From Podarcis filfolensis (lineage: Eukaryota), in the NCBI GenBank assembly GCA_964270895.1, contig OZ185453.1: a stretch of DNA of 64,000 bases; one strand, 5' to 3'. The notes below the pieces were generated by a model. It saw only the letters and a list, made by a program, of their open reading frames with translations, made no database searches and was not told where the DNA came from. Within the stretch, counting starts at the first letter, position 1. Every line of letters starts with the position of its first letter. Of the stretch, positions 1 to 41,231 are shown piece after piece. The position numbers were made by a program, and so were the translations under genes.

Positions 1-112
1 TAATATTTGATGCATTATTGTATTTTAATATTTTGTTGCAAGCCACCCAGAATGGCTGGGGAAGCCCAGCCAGATGGGCAGGGTATAAATAATAAATTAT
101 TATTATTATTAT
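1..112 (+). mobile_element. L2-family 3' end with (TTA)n tail
   Basis: GGCTGGGGAAGCCCAGCCAGATGGGCAGGGTATAAATAATAAATTATT matches the 3' end of the intron-8 L2. Confidence 0.7.
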
Positions 113-415
113 TACCTAAGATGTGCCTGCTGGCTCAGGCCAATGGCCGTCTAATCCAGCATCCTGCTTTCACAGCAGCCAACCAGATGTCTGGGAAACC
201 CAGAATCAAGATCAGAGCACAAGAGCATCCTCCCCTCTTGTGATTTCCAGCAACTGGTGTTCAGAATTACTGCCTCTGACCAGGAAGGCAAAGCAGAGCC
301 ATCACGGCTGGGAGACATCAGTAGCCCTTTCCTCCATGACGTTTTCTGATGCTCTTTTAAAGCCACCTAGTTTGGTGACCATCTTCTGTAAAAGCGAGAA
401 ACTGAGCCTTTAATG

Positions 416-548
416 CAGCGTTGCCCAAACTTGTGTCTCCAGCTGTTTTCAGACTATAACTCCCTTCATCCCTAGCTAGCAGGACCAGTGGTCAGGGATG
501 ATGGGAATTGTAGTCCAAAAACAGGAGACCCAAGTTTGGGAAATTCTG
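416..548. mobile_element. Hairpin hAT MITE
   Basis: TIR CAGCGTTGCCCAAACT/AGTTTGGGAAATTCTG; 8-bp TSD CTTTAATG/CTTTAGTG. Confidence 0.8.
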
Positions 549-834
549 CTTTAGTGTCATCACATCATTCCTGTGAAATACTCTGCTAACAGAGGTCCAG
601 ACTTAGCGCCTTCTGCACTAACTTTTAAAGGCCCACTGAAAACTTTTTGATTCTACCAGGCCTGTGCAGGGAATTAAGAGCATATTCCCACGGGGGCTTA
701 GTGATGCTTGTTTTTAATGTGTTTTTATTTTTTTATGCTCTCCTTGTATGGTTTCATTTTTTCAATGTTGTAAATCACTTTGATGTTTTGCGATTTAGTG
801 GTATAGATGCACCTTTGTAAACATGTAAGGAATG

Positions 835-879
835 AATGAATGCAATTCAGCATAAACAAGTGTAAAGTGATGCACATCA

Positions 880-880
<1 letters not shown>
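835..880 (+). mobile_element. Short CR1-like RT fragment
   Basis: Translates as MQFSINKCKVMHI, resembling the recalled CR1 RT motif W.M.FN..KCKVMH; very short. Confidence 0.4.

Positions 881-881
<1 letters not shown>

Positions 882-932
<51 letters not shown>
882..932. repeat. (CA)n microsatellite
   Basis: About 25 CA units. Confidence 0.98.
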
Positions 933-934
<2 letters not shown>

Positions 935-1149
935 GGTAGCTTGGTTCTCGAATTTAATCCGTTCTGGGAGTCCGTTTGACTCCCAGAACCGTTTGAAAAC
1001 CAAAGCACGGCTTCCAATTGGCTGTGTCGGACTTTCGGCTTCCAAAAAACATTTGCAAATTGGAACACTTACTTCAGGGTTTGTGGCGTTCGGGAGCCGA
1101 TTTGTTCGGGAGCCAAGTCTTTCAACAACCAAGCCTTTCAACAACCAAT
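931..1149. mobile_element. Tc1/mariner (Tigger-like) MITE, one end degraded
   Basis: CAGTGGTAGCTTGGTTCTCGAA terminus; internal sequence shared with the MITEs at 2238, 4694, 6045, 9147 and 11925. Confidence 0.65.
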
Positions 1150-2237
1150 ATATATATAATCTTAATTTCACCTATACCAGGGTCTGGTCCAAAAACGGGT
1201 TTTTTTGTGGGGTGGAGGAGATGTTCCCAAAAAACATTAGCTCAACAACTTTGTCCTGATTTTCACTTTGGGGAATATGGCAACCCTACGTATACCCCAC
1301 TGGGAGTCTGAACTGGCAGTGAGTGACCAGGAATGAGGCCTTGGGGCCATAGTGATTGATCCCGATCCTGTGAGCAGCTGCGGTAGAAGTTGAATTCCCT
1401 CTTAGGAAGGGAAAATAAAACTATGGGTCTCATAATGCGTTCACATGAATCTACGGTGCGAGCAAACCTGAAATCTTGCGCTGGTGCTGTGTAGAAATCA
1501 CTAGGGCTCAGGGATGTCTCCGCATTCATTTCCGCCTGCAGCCGCCTTATATAAAGCAACGAGACATGGATTGCCCTGACAGTGTGCCCTCGGTTCCCTC
1601 TTTGTCTGCTGAGATTGGGAAGAAACTCAATACCGAAGTTAAGCAGAGTTTCCTTTGCTCGGATTCACATTTCATGTGCTCGGAGTTCGGCACACGATCC
1701 CCTGGAAGGGATCGTGATACCTTGAATCTGGTATCAGCTCCGCGCTCGTCACCTGCCTCTGTTGCAGCTCTGCGCAGGCGGCAGCTGCCTGCTGGATGAT
1801 AACAAGCCCAGATAGGCCTTGGCTTTGTGTTCCTCGGAGGAGGTCAGTCCTGGTATCTGTTACTTGGCAGCTCAGCGCACAGCCAGGGCCAGGCTGGGTT
1901 GGGCAGGGGAGAGCGTGCTTCACGCAGGAAGGAGGTGGTGCGGAGCAGGAGGCCAAGTCATCTGATCCATAATTGATTTATTCTTCTAAAATGTACTCTT
2001 GCGGCATGTCAATGAACAGCTTGACGGAGGTAAGGAAAAGAACAGAGGCCTTTGTCCACCTAGCAGGAACAAAGGGCTGCCTATTTGCTCGTGGGCGAGA
2101 GTCTGACCCAGCAGAGATCAGCTGGCCTTGGCTTCCTGCTCTGCAATTATTCAAGGCTCAGCACCAGGCAAAAAGACGGAAGGATTCCAAAATGCTCTGG
2201 GTCTCAGAGATGCGTGGGCCGATTCCCAGTGAAGATA

Positions 2238-2477
2238 CAGTGGAACCTCGGTTCCTGAACGCCTCCCTTGTCGTACGTTTCAGTTCTCGAACGCCAAAGA
2301 CCAGGAAGTAAATGCTTCCGTTTTCAAATGTTTTTCGGAACCCCAATGTGCAACGCAGCTTCCACTGAGTGCAAGCAGCTCTTGCAACCAATGGGAAGCC
2401 GTGCCTCAGTTTTCAAACGTTTCGGAAGCCAAATGGGCTTCCAGAACGGATTTTGTTTGAGAACAGAGGTACCACTG
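2238..2477. mobile_element. Tigger-like MITE
   Basis: TA|CAGTGGAACCTC...GAGGTACCACTG|TA TIRs with TA TSD. Confidence 0.85.
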
Positions 2478-3321
2478 TATACAGAAAGTGTCTTCTCGTG
2501 ATTCTGTGATTCCTTTCAGCTTTTCCTCACTTTTCCCCACATCTTAACTTATAGCCTTTTGGGGAGATATTGGGAATGCTATCTGAAAAATTTCTTTTGA
2601 CAGTCATCCCTAGGTTTCTTCTAAGTTACAGCTTCTCCCATAGATCTGTAGATGCTATATGTATGTAAATGCCATACACATGGATGCAAAATGACGCCCC
2701 CCCTCGATCAGTCGTAACTCTCTAACCAGTTAGCAAGCAAATACAGTTATTGAAAGGTATTGGTGCTTGCAAAAGAAAAAGAAAAAACACACCTCACTAT
2801 TTATTTAGAGGTTTCTGACTCATGCTATTCAAGGCAATAAACAATTTTAAAAGCACGATTTCATATAAAAACAGGCATAAAACATAACCTTTTTAAAATC
2901 TGCGAAAGGAAGTTGGAAGAGAACTCAAGGCAACTTTGAAATCCAGCCCTAAATTGCTTAGTAATTCAAGATAGCTAATGGATGCAACAGAAGGGGTCAG
3001 ATTCCAAGAAGGAGGGGGGGGGGGAAGAGATCGGCCTACTGTAAGCGGGCAACTATAAAGTCCAAAAGGACAGGAGGGTTTGTTTGCACTTAACCTTGAA
3101 TTAGATAGCACTTTGCTAATAGCAGGGCCTGCCTGAGCTCACCCCTCCTTACCGCAAAGGCGGTCTGTGTAGGAAGAATTCACCTATAGCAGCTGTCACC
3201 TGTCAAGGGGCCAAATGTGCGCCGAGACATGGAAAGCGGTGTGATGTAGAATGGAGAAGCCCACCTCCTGCTGATGAGCTAGTAAGGGTGTAAGACAGCA
3301 GCGTGTTGCTACCTTTGCTAC

Positions 3322-3778
3322 CAGGGCCGGCCCACCCATGAGGCAAGGTGAGGCAACTGCCTCAGGCGGCAGGATCGGCAGGGGCAGCAGTTCCGGCCTC
3401 CAAGAGGCTGCTGCTGTGGTGGCAACAGCTGCTGCGGCATACCTGAGGCCAGATCTGCTGCTTCCATGCCACCTCTGCAGCGGCCTCTTGGCAAACAGAA
3501 GGCACCGCTAGTCGCCTCCCATCTCTAGGGATGAAATGGCGGGGGCTGCCCTCTGGGGTCTCCTGAGCTCTGCCCCCACCTGATGCGGTTCAGAGCAGGG
3601 CTGTTCCCCACCCCGCCCACAACCACCTTTGATTCCCACTTGAACCATCAGGTAAAGTTGATTCGATTCCCCCCATTCCTGCTTGTTCCCAATGGAGGTC
3701 TCCACTCACCCCTCCCTTCTCTGGCTGGGGCCATTTTGCAATTTGCCTCACATGCCAGAATGTCTTGGGCTGGTCCTG
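3322..3778. mobile_element. hAT-like element (CAGGGCCGGC termini)
   Basis: Left end CAGGGCCGGCCCACCCATGAGGCA shared with 60008; degenerate right TIR GCTGGTCCTG. Confidence 0.6.
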
Positions 3779-3782
3779 GCAT

Positions 3783-4108
3783 GAAAGGTAAAGGTAAAGG
3801 TACCCCTGACCGTTAGGGTCCAGTTGCGGACGACTCTGGGGTTGCGGCGCTCATCTCACTTTCAGGCCGAGGGAGCCGGCGTTTGTCTGCAGACAGCTTC
3901 CTGTTCATGTGGCCAGCATGACTAAGCCGCTTCTGGCGAATCAGAGCAGCGCACGGAAACGCCATTTACCTTCCCGCCAGAGCGGTACCTACTTATCTAC
4001 TTGCACTTTGACGTGCTTTCAAACTGCTAGGTTGGCAGGACCTGGGACTAAGCAATGGGAGCTCAGCCCGTCGCGGCGATTCGAACCACCAACCTTCTGA
4101 TTGGCAAG
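3783..4108 (-). mobile_element. Sauria SINE (head truncated)
   Basis: Sauria SINE body with (ACCTTT)n tail; 11-bp TSD GGTCCTGGCAT at 3772-3782 and 4109-4119. Confidence 0.85.
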
Positions 4109-4293
4109 GGTCCTGGCATTGCCTCCCCCTTTTCCCCAGCGGCAGCTGAAAGGCTGTTCTTGGGGACAAAACTACACAAACCCTACACACTTTTTCCACC
4201 TGCTGTTCTGTGCCTGGCTGTGATGTTCTAAAGGTGGAGGAACTCTTGCTGATACTAACCATCTTGAGCAGTAAGAAGACTGAACGAGAAAAA

Positions 4294-4437
4294 GGAAAGC
4301 TCATCTGGTTGGTGTGTAGTGCTTGTAACGCCAAGGTTGCAGGTTCGATCCCCATATCGGACAGCTGAATATTCCTGCACTACAGGGGGTTGGACTAGAT
4401 GATCCTCAACGTCTCTTCCAGTTCTACTATTCTATGA
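4294..4437 (+). mobile_element. tRNA-head/CR1-tail SINE (Squam3-like)
   Basis: B box GGTTCGATCCC followed by the CR1-type tail GGTTGGACTAGATGATC...TTCTATGA. Confidence 0.75.
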
Positions 4438-4693
4438 AACTTTCTACTGCATGGTCCAGTGTTACTGAATATGCATCTACTGCACACCGTTTCCATCCAC
4501 CGGCTTCTCGCGGGACCCCGTGGAACAACTCTTTTCTTTGCTCTATTCTCGCTGCATGGCGTTGCTTTCAAAGTCTCAATTCCAATGTATTGGTTTTTTT
4601 CTGTCTCCGTACTTTGGGGAGAGGAGTGGGTTGGAAATATTGTCACTGTTGCTTTCTTGGTTTTGTTATACTTGAAAATCAATTAAAAACATA

Positions 4694-4936
4694 CAGTCGT
4701 ACCTTGGTTTTCGAACAGCTTAGTTCTCGAACGTTTTGGTTCCCGAACGCTGCAAACCCAGAAGTGTCAGTTCCAGTTTGCGAACTATTTTTGGAAGCCA
4801 AACACCCAATGGAGCTTCCGTGGCTTCCAATTGGAGCTTCCTGCAGCCAATCAGAAGCCGCGCTTTGGTTTCTGAACGTTTTGGAAGTCGAACGGACTTC
4901 CAGAACGGATTCTGCTTGACTTCCAAGGTATGACTG
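4694..4936. mobile_element. Tigger-like MITE
   Basis: CAGTCGTACCTTGG...CCAAGGTATGACTG TIRs. Confidence 0.85.
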
Positions 4937-6044
4937 AATGTTTTGAGGAACACACGGTTCAGGAGCTCCTGTTTAAGGCTCTAACCAGCCTGCAACAAGA
5001 GTCATGTAGCAGCGTGGGTGACTCTTCCTTGTGAGCGCCACGTACCTGCCCCCCCCAAACACAGCTGGGATGGAAATCTCAGACTGGGGGGACCTTTGTA
5101 CTCTAGCCAGGCTGTGCCCTCTTCAAGTGCTTTTCCCTGACTGAACTGTGATAATACCTCTGGCTTGCCAGGATGCACGATGGAGAGATAAGGGTGAAGG
5201 GGGTGGAGGAATCTCTGGAAGTTTGCCCAGACGGAATGCAGCCTGCTGTAAGAAGCGGAAAGTCAAATCCAATTTGCCGCCTGCTTCTCTTGGCTCTGGC
5301 CCTCTCACAATCAGCGTGCTTTGCGGTTCTCAGGATGAAGAGAGATTGCCTACCCATGCCATACATGGAAACAAAACCTCTGAATGCTCTACGGTGGAAG
5401 AGGAAGGGGTTTCATGAAAGTGAGGGAAGTTTCCCCTTCCCCCTTCCGAATCCTCCATACAGTGCAACCTCGTGGCACTCATTCTTCTCTCTGGCACACC
5501 AATACCCCCCCTCCAATTAATCAACTGGGAATTACAACACAACTCTGTTTTTCCCCTTCTCAATGCCCTGTGAACTCACAGATCTGCTGGGCCATTTTGG
5601 AGTATTCTTTTCTGCTTTAATTTTACAAACGAATCTACTTCTGCCCAGTTTCCCAGCTGCACAGGAACCACTGTCTTTTTTTTTTTGTGCGCCCTGATTT
5701 CATTCCAAACCAGAACCCAAGTTTGGCATTTGCAAGTGTATCCTTAGCATCTAACAGGAGCGAGTAACTGATCCCTATCTGAGCATGTGAGTAAGGGAAA
5801 TCTCACGTGCGTGGGCCAATCTGCACTCTTCCTATCAGTCTACATTCTTCCCAATCGCTGCTTTTTCTCCTGGCTCATTTCGATGTGCCCTGTCAATGAG
5901 GAAAAGGGGACACGGAAGGCAGAAGAGCCAACCTCACCAGGATTTTCAAGAGAACAGGGAGGCAGCAGCTCAAGGAACACCTCCAGGCAAAATGAAAGCC
6001 AAAACAGGTGACAGGCTTTACCTAGACAGACATGAATTGGATTA

Positions 6045-6286
6045 GTGTCAAACCTTGGCTCCCAAACGCCTCCGTTTTGGAACGTTTCGGCTCCCAAACG
6101 CTGAAAACCCAGAAGTCAATGTTCCGGTTTTTGAACCTTTTTCGAAAGCGGAACGTCCGACACGGCATCCGCTTGTGTGCAGGAAGATTCTGCAACCACC
6201 TGGAAGCCAGCGCCTCGGCTGTCAAACATTTTGGAAGCCAAATGGGCTTCTGGAACGGATTACGTTCGACAACCGAGGTTTAACTG
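6045..6286. mobile_element. Tigger-like MITE
   Basis: Family-homologous body; degenerate TIRs GTCAAACCTTGG and CCGAGGTTTAACTG. Confidence 0.7.
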
Positions 6287-6508
6287 AATATGGTCAGGAT
6301 CATTTGTTTCCAAAACGCTGTGATGACGACACCAAAACAGGCAACGTGTGTCAGAGTTTTGGGCCACCCCTTTCAGTGGCTTTGCCCACTACTGCCCGAA
6401 GCCTTGGCTTCTTAATGAATGTGTCCCATGCTGGCTGCTGCAGCACCCGTTTTGCACTTGTGCACAATTACCAGGAGCAAAGACACGAACATCCTCTTAT
6501 GATCCATC

Positions 6509-6514
6509 TTTATT
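6509..6514 (-). terminator. ATP1A1 polyadenylation signal AATAAA
   Basis: tttatt on the + strand about 250 nt after the stop; minus-strand context TTTTACAAATAAAGATGG resembles the recalled mammalian ATP1A1 3' end. Confidence 0.8.
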
Positions 6515-6759
6515 TGTAAAAGTCCAGATATAAAATCTCATTGTTTCTTACAAAAACAAAAAGGCACATTTAAAAACTACTCCCGCCTTCCACTCTCACC
6601 CCTGGACTCTGGTGGGCACTCCCCTCCCTCCCCCATTCCATGCTTCTTCTAGCCCTCGGCCAATCGCTTCCACCCCTACAAGGGTTCCATCTTCCTGCAT
6701 TCCAGAAGCTCACACAGCGGAGAAGTGTCAGAGTGCAACCAAATCTGGCTAGTAGAATT

Positions 6760-36053
<29,294 letters not shown>

Positions 36054-36395
36054 GGCGGTGCGGCTGCCACGTGTGCGCTGGCTCTCCGGCTGCTTCGGGT
36101 CTCCGCTCGGGCTCCGCCGCCGCCGACCAAGCTCAGGCCGAGTGGGCGAGGCGCCTCTTCCGCGCCAGCTAAAGCCCCGCCGCCCCGCCCCGCCCTCGCC
36201 CGGCCGGGAAGGGGCGGAGAGAGGGCGGGAGGGGAAAGAGCGCCGCCCGCGGCCAGAGGCTCCTCGGCGCCCGCGCTTCTCCCGCCGGGGCCGGACTCCC
36301 GATTGGGCTCTCAGGGACCGGCCTGGGCCGGGCAACTTGTGGCGCCTTCAGGCAGCGCGAGACACGGGGCGGGGGGGGGGCGCCAGTCCTAAAGA

Positions 36396-36634
36396 CAGTG
36401 GTAAGAACTTAACTCGGGTTAAGAACTGAATTCGTTCTGGGGGTCCGTTCTTAAGCTGAAACTGTTCTGAACCTGAAGCACCACTTCAGCTCATGGGACC
36501 TCCTGCCGCCGCCGTGCGATTTCTGTTCTCATCCTGAAGCAAAGTTCTTCACCCGAGGTACTATTTCTGGGTTAGCAGAGTCTGTAACCTGAAGTGTCTG
36601 TAACCTGAAGCACATGTAACCCGAGGTACCACTG
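36396..36634 (-). mobile_element. Tigger-like MITE abutting the ATP1A1 CpG island
   Basis: CAGTGGT...CCGAGGTACCACTG|TA; reverse complement of the next copy. Confidence 0.85.
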
Positions 36635-36674
36635 TACAGTTATTTGACCTCCTTCACCCTTGATCCTAAATATA

Positions 36675-36899
36675 CAGTGGTACCTCGGGTTACATGTACT
36701 TCAGGTTACAGACTCTGCTAACCCAGAAATAGTACCTCAGGTTAAGAACTTTGCTTCAGGATGAGAACAGAAATCAGGCTTTGCGGTGCGGCGGCAGCAG
36801 GAGGCCCCATTAGTTAAAGTGGTGCTTCAGGTTAAGAACAGTTTCAGGTTAAGAACGGACCCCCGGAACGAATTAAGTTCTTAACCCAAGGTGCCACTG
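36675..36899 (+). mobile_element. Tigger-like MITE
   Basis: TA|CAGTGGTACCTCGGGTTA...AAGGTGCCACTG|TA. Confidence 0.88.
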
Positions 36900-36967
36900 T
36901 ATTCAGGTAGAAGGTGTTTGCTAACACGATCCAGAAGGAAGGCTGGCATGCATTAAGAAGTGCAATA

Positions 36968-37198
36968 CAGTGGTACCTCGGGTTACATACACTTCAGGTT
37001 AAATACACTTCAGGTTACAGACTCCATTAACCCAGAAATAGTACCTCAGGTTAAGAACTTTGCTTCAGGATGAGTACAGAAATCACGTGGTGGCAGCAGG
37101 AGGCCCCATTAGTTAAAGTGGTGCTTCAGGTTAAGAACAGTTTCAGGTTAAGAACAGACCTCCGGAACGAATTTAGTACTTAACCTGAGGTGCCACTG
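36968..37198 (+). mobile_element. Tigger-like MITE
   Basis: TA|CAGTGGTACCTCGGGTTA...GAGGTGCCACTG|TA. Confidence 0.88.
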
Positions 37199-38504
37199 TA
37201 TAGTTATTTGGATGTGGGCAGACACTCCAGCCAGGCCAGACTAGCTTTGGGAGTGGCTGCCCGGCTCAAAGACCAGCAGCTCCGATGGCCCTTGGTGCTT
37301 CTGATCTAATGATTCTGCTGACACAAATGTTACAAGATGGAGGAAGCCTCGAAATGGTGGGGGGTGAAGGCCAACCTCTGCACTGGCTGCACCCAAGTGC
37401 CCCCCCCCCCCGATGCCCAGGCCTGGGCTGCCCAGACGACCAGACCCTCCCCGCTCAGAAAGCAGAGCAGCATGTTTGGCACCAGCTTGGCTGCTGGAGT
37501 TGCCAGAAGGAGGTGTGCCAAGGCACCAGCCAAGCGTCTTAGGGACTCCGCTCCAGATTGGTGTTGGGTTTACTCAACCTTTTCTTCTCCAAAGGTCTCC
37601 CACCAGGCAGCCCAGGCAGCTTAGGATCAGAGTTTTTCAGAGCTGGCTACCTTCCCAGGTTGATGAGCCCCATCTGTCCCTCACTTCCCTCTACAATACG
37701 GGCAGAAACCACGTCGTTGACTCTTGAACCCGCTATTGTTCTTAGCTGCTCAATCTGCCAGAGCCAGGGACTGAGCGAGGGATTGAGACCCATCAACTAC
37801 CCTCATCTGGTTTAGCGGGTCAGTCAAAGCTGTTTCCCAGGGTGTCGCCGCAGTCCCATGCTGGCAGCTTCTAGGAGCCACAGGTGGGAGCTGAGTGCAG
37901 GGTGGGGACCAAAGGTGGACAACCATGACGTGTCTTCCATCAGAGGTGCTGCTCCTCCCCAAGCACCCCGTTCATCCTAACCCTAGAAATACTGTGATAA
38001 TATCAGCATGGCACACGATCAGGTGAGGAGACTGGGGATGCCACTGGAGCTGGCCTTGCTTCTTGAGGGGATGGGTGGAATCGCTGGGCAAAAACAGAAA
38101 CCCAAAGTAACCTGCAGGAGAAACAATAAAATTGCTCCCAAGGTTCTCAGGAAATGGGCAGCAAAAATTCTTTTCTTGGTTGGTTGAAGATTGAAATAAA
38201 GGCCCAAGGGTTTTCTATATGAGGTTGTTTAGGGAGAGAAAGCAAAGAAGCCCAGCTGGTTTTGATTAGCCGTGGGCATCTGCAACTGCTTCAAAAAGCA
38301 GAAGACAGCCAGTGAGCCCCAAACAGACACTGAAAACAAATGACTTCATCAGACATCCTGCAAGCAGCACCCAATGTACCTGCCTCAAAAGGAAAGGGAA
38401 ATATCCAGGTACAGCATGAGAACATCCCAACCGAAAATAATGATGCAGCTACCCTTACTGTACAAGCTGAGCAGCAGGAAAACCTGGATATCGATGGGGG
38501 TGTA

Positions 38505-38727
38505 CAATGGTACCTCGGGTTACAGACGCTTCAGGTTACAGACTCCGCTAACCCAGTAATAGTACCTCGGGTTAAGAACTTTGCTTCAGGATGAGAACAG
38601 AAATTGTGCTCCAGCGGCACGGCAGCAGGAGGCCCCATTAGCTAAAGTGGTGCTTCAGGTTAAGAACAGTTTCAGGTTAAGAACGGACCTCTGGAACGAG
38701 TTAAGTTCTTAACCCGAGGTGCCACTG
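38505..38727 (+). mobile_element. Tigger-like MITE
   Basis: Same subfamily, with CTTCAGGTTA subrepeats. Confidence 0.85.
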
Positions 38728-39610
38728 TCGTTTCATCAGTTTGCATGCTAGATGCCATTTTGGATCAAGATGGAGGACCAAAACATGACTTTGACAGGAA
38801 TTCACCTGGTATTTGGTGTCATGGGTCCAAACTCACAAATGACAGTATCCATTTAAAAATCACAATATTTGTTGGTTTCTACAAATTTACAGGATGAATC
38901 TGTTCCTTGGTACGAGTTGTGGGCAAAAAAATATATACCAAAGAAATACACCTGTCACTGTGTGACATATGCAACTGAACTATTCCTTGCTATTAAAATG
39001 GCCATTCTTACAGCACTTTCCCTCCAAATTACAATGAACACAACTGAATGATCCTTGAGCACTTTGAGCAGAGTGAAGATCTGGTTATGTCCAAGGGCAA
39101 GTGAAGTTTGCTTGTTGGACTGCTGTTGAATGAATCAATTTATTTCGGTCACTGACCAGAGTGTGGGCTGTTCTTTGTTGAGTGTCAATACAGAAAAGTT
39201 GAAGACCTTTCCCAAGGAAACTTTTATAAAGAGGTATTGACCATTTTGGCTAAGACCTTTGAAAGACTCCAGTTTGTGTCTAAAGAATGATCTGTTTTGT
39301 AATATATTGTCCTTTGTGTTACAGACAGACAAGCATAAACAGAAAAAAGTCTGACTGGTTTCAGACCTTATGACTGGCATTCACCACAGCCAAGGTAGAT
39401 TCTGTGTAAAATGTTTTTAATTTACGAATTTATAATTTGATTTAGAGTCCTACAGTATTGTTGAAGTTGCATATCTTTCTGTTACTATTAAATGGACAAA
39501 TCAATCAATCTGTTAGAAGATAGTTCTGAAACGCATAATCCCTGACAAATTTATTATAGCATAAATTTTCAGGGGCTATGGTCCACTTCCTATCCCTCTG
39601 GACTTCGTTA

Positions 39611-39616
<6 letters not shown>

Positions 39617-39660
<44 letters not shown>
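39617..39660. repeat. (AT)n microsatellite
   Basis: About 22 AT units. Confidence 0.97.
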
Positions 39661-39662
<2 letters not shown>

Positions 39663-39761
39663 CAGGAAATTGTTCAAGGACAAAGCTATGCAATGTATAT
39701 CAAGAAAGTATTTTGGAATAAATTTGGAGAAAAGTGCTGGCAAATGTAGCACAGGTTTGAT

Positions 39762-40039
39762 GAGGGTTGCCATACATCCAGAATTTCCCAGACATATCCA
39801 GAATACTGTAGTTGGAAGTAGTGTCCAGGTGGAAATAGCTAAAATGTCCAGGAAAATCCAGATGTACTGCAACACATGTCAGCAGTGTCGTTTTTGGCAA
39901 CTTTCCTTTAAAACTCTTTTTGTGTGCTCAGCAACTTTGGGCAAAAGTAAAAAAACCACACACAACTGAACAACTTTGCCCAAAAATGTTCAACAACTTT
40001 TCTGTCCGGATTTTCACTGTTTGAAATATGACAACCCTA
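39762..40039. mobile_element. hAT-type MITE
   Basis: TIR AGGGTTGCCATA/TATGACAACCCT; 8-bp TSD GGTTTGAT/GGTTTGTT; a related end TATGGCAACCCTA also occurs at ~1276-1289. Confidence 0.75.
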
Positions 40040-40788
40040 GGTTTGTTAAACAAATTTAATCTTCCAGAATGGAGTCTGTTACACAAAAGATACAGGTAAA
40101 TTTCCAGGATGAGCAGGGCTGCAGCAGTGGAAGGAACCAGAAGGAAGGAATAGGAACATCAGCTTGTGGGTTGTGTGTACCTGAGAGGGGTGCTGTCGTT
40201 GTTGCCTGTGTGTTGTTCGAACTGGAATAGTGTTGTTTGTGTATGCATGTGCTGCTGTCTGTATGAAAGCTGGGGAAGGATGCATGTATGGGAACAAAAG
40301 GAGAGGGATTGTGGGGAGGGGGGCTAAGGGAGATTTCCGTTGTAGTAGCATGTGGTTTGGCTCACTTAGATGATCTGCACTCTTGTGTTTTACGATCCCT
40401 GCAGTCTCTCACAACAATAGGCCACATTCCAGAGTTTTGATAAGACACTGTCTCATCTTTAGCCTGTCCCCCCGGAGTAGTATTTAGAAAAGAACAATGG
40501 GCTGCCTTATATATTCACCACACTTGGACCACACTGGACAAGCGATAAAGATAATAATAAAAACATTGATGTAATGGTTACAGAGATAATATGTGAGATG
40601 TACTGCAGAGCTACAATTAAGTCTGCTGACATGAAATTAGGCAGATTTTCTTTAAGAACAAAACACAAATACATTATACAATCACAACCCCTACAGTTTA
40701 AGATTCTTCTTTTAAAAAAATAGAATCATTTTTATTATTTTTTTACTGGATTTTCAGAGCACAGAGAAAATCCAGAGAGAAAACAGGC

Positions 40789-41231
40789 GAACTCTGCTTT
40801 GAGAGTGAGGTCGTGTGGCAGCTCTGCTGACGGAGAGGTCTCCAGGGTCGGGGAGAGAAAGAGCCGCCCAGCCGCCGGGATGTGGTACGAGATCTTGCCT
40901 GGCTTGGGCCTCATGTACGTGTGCCTGGTCATCCCTGGCGTGAGCACCACCTACATCCACAGATACACCAATGGGGGCAAGGAGAAGAGAATCGCCCGGA
41001 ACACCTATCAGTGGTACCTGCTGGAGAGAGACAAGCGTGTGTCTGGAGTAAATCACTACTATGACTCCAAGGGATTGGAGAACATTAAGTGAAACCGCGG
41101 TGCAGTGAAAGCAACTTAATAAACATGCATTTGACAAAGTGTGGAGCATATTGATCGTAATCTCGAGAGGACAGTAAGATTCTAATACTGCACCAATAAA
41201 ATTGCAATAAAGAAATAAAATACAAAAAAAC
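40789..41231 (+). pseudogene. NDUFA1: Processed NDUFA1 retrocopy, whole insertion (5'UTR, ORF, 3'UTR, A-rich tail)
   Basis: 12-bp direct repeat GAGAAAACAGGC at 40777-40788 and 41232-41243; AATAAA at 41118, 41195, 41206 and 41214; degenerate A-rich tail before the right TSD. Confidence 0.88.
40880..41092 (+). CDS. NDUFA1: Intact intronless NDUFA1 (complex I MWFE subunit) retrocopy ORF, 70 aa
   Basis: [70 protein letters not shown] aligns end to end with recalled human MWFEILPG...GGKEKRVA...ERDRRISG...SKGLENID; no introns. Expression unknown. Confidence 0.9.
   Translation: MWYEILPGLGLMYVCLVIPGVSTTYIHRYTNGGKEKRIARNTYQWYLLERDKRVSGVNHYYDSKGLENIK

Noticed and set aside
725-1259. 148 aa and 139 aa ORFs
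   Set aside because: They run through the (CA)n tract and a MITE, giving VCVC/THTH low-complexity translations.
36396-37198. Regularly spaced CTTCAGGTTA repeats resembling a CRISPR-like array
   Set aside because: They are internal subrepeats of a TA-flanked MITE family found throughout the window, with no unique spacers, in eukaryotic DNA.
38340-39300. Short ORF interrupted by a MITE, and a stop-riddled frame faintly resembling piggyBac transposase
   Set aside because: The similarity is too weak by eye and the putative domains are in the wrong order. It would need a profile search to support.
40799-40879. 27-aa N-terminal extension of the NDUFA1 ORF in the track
   Set aside because: It starts at TTG in the copied 5'UTR. 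The homologous start is the ATG at 40880.
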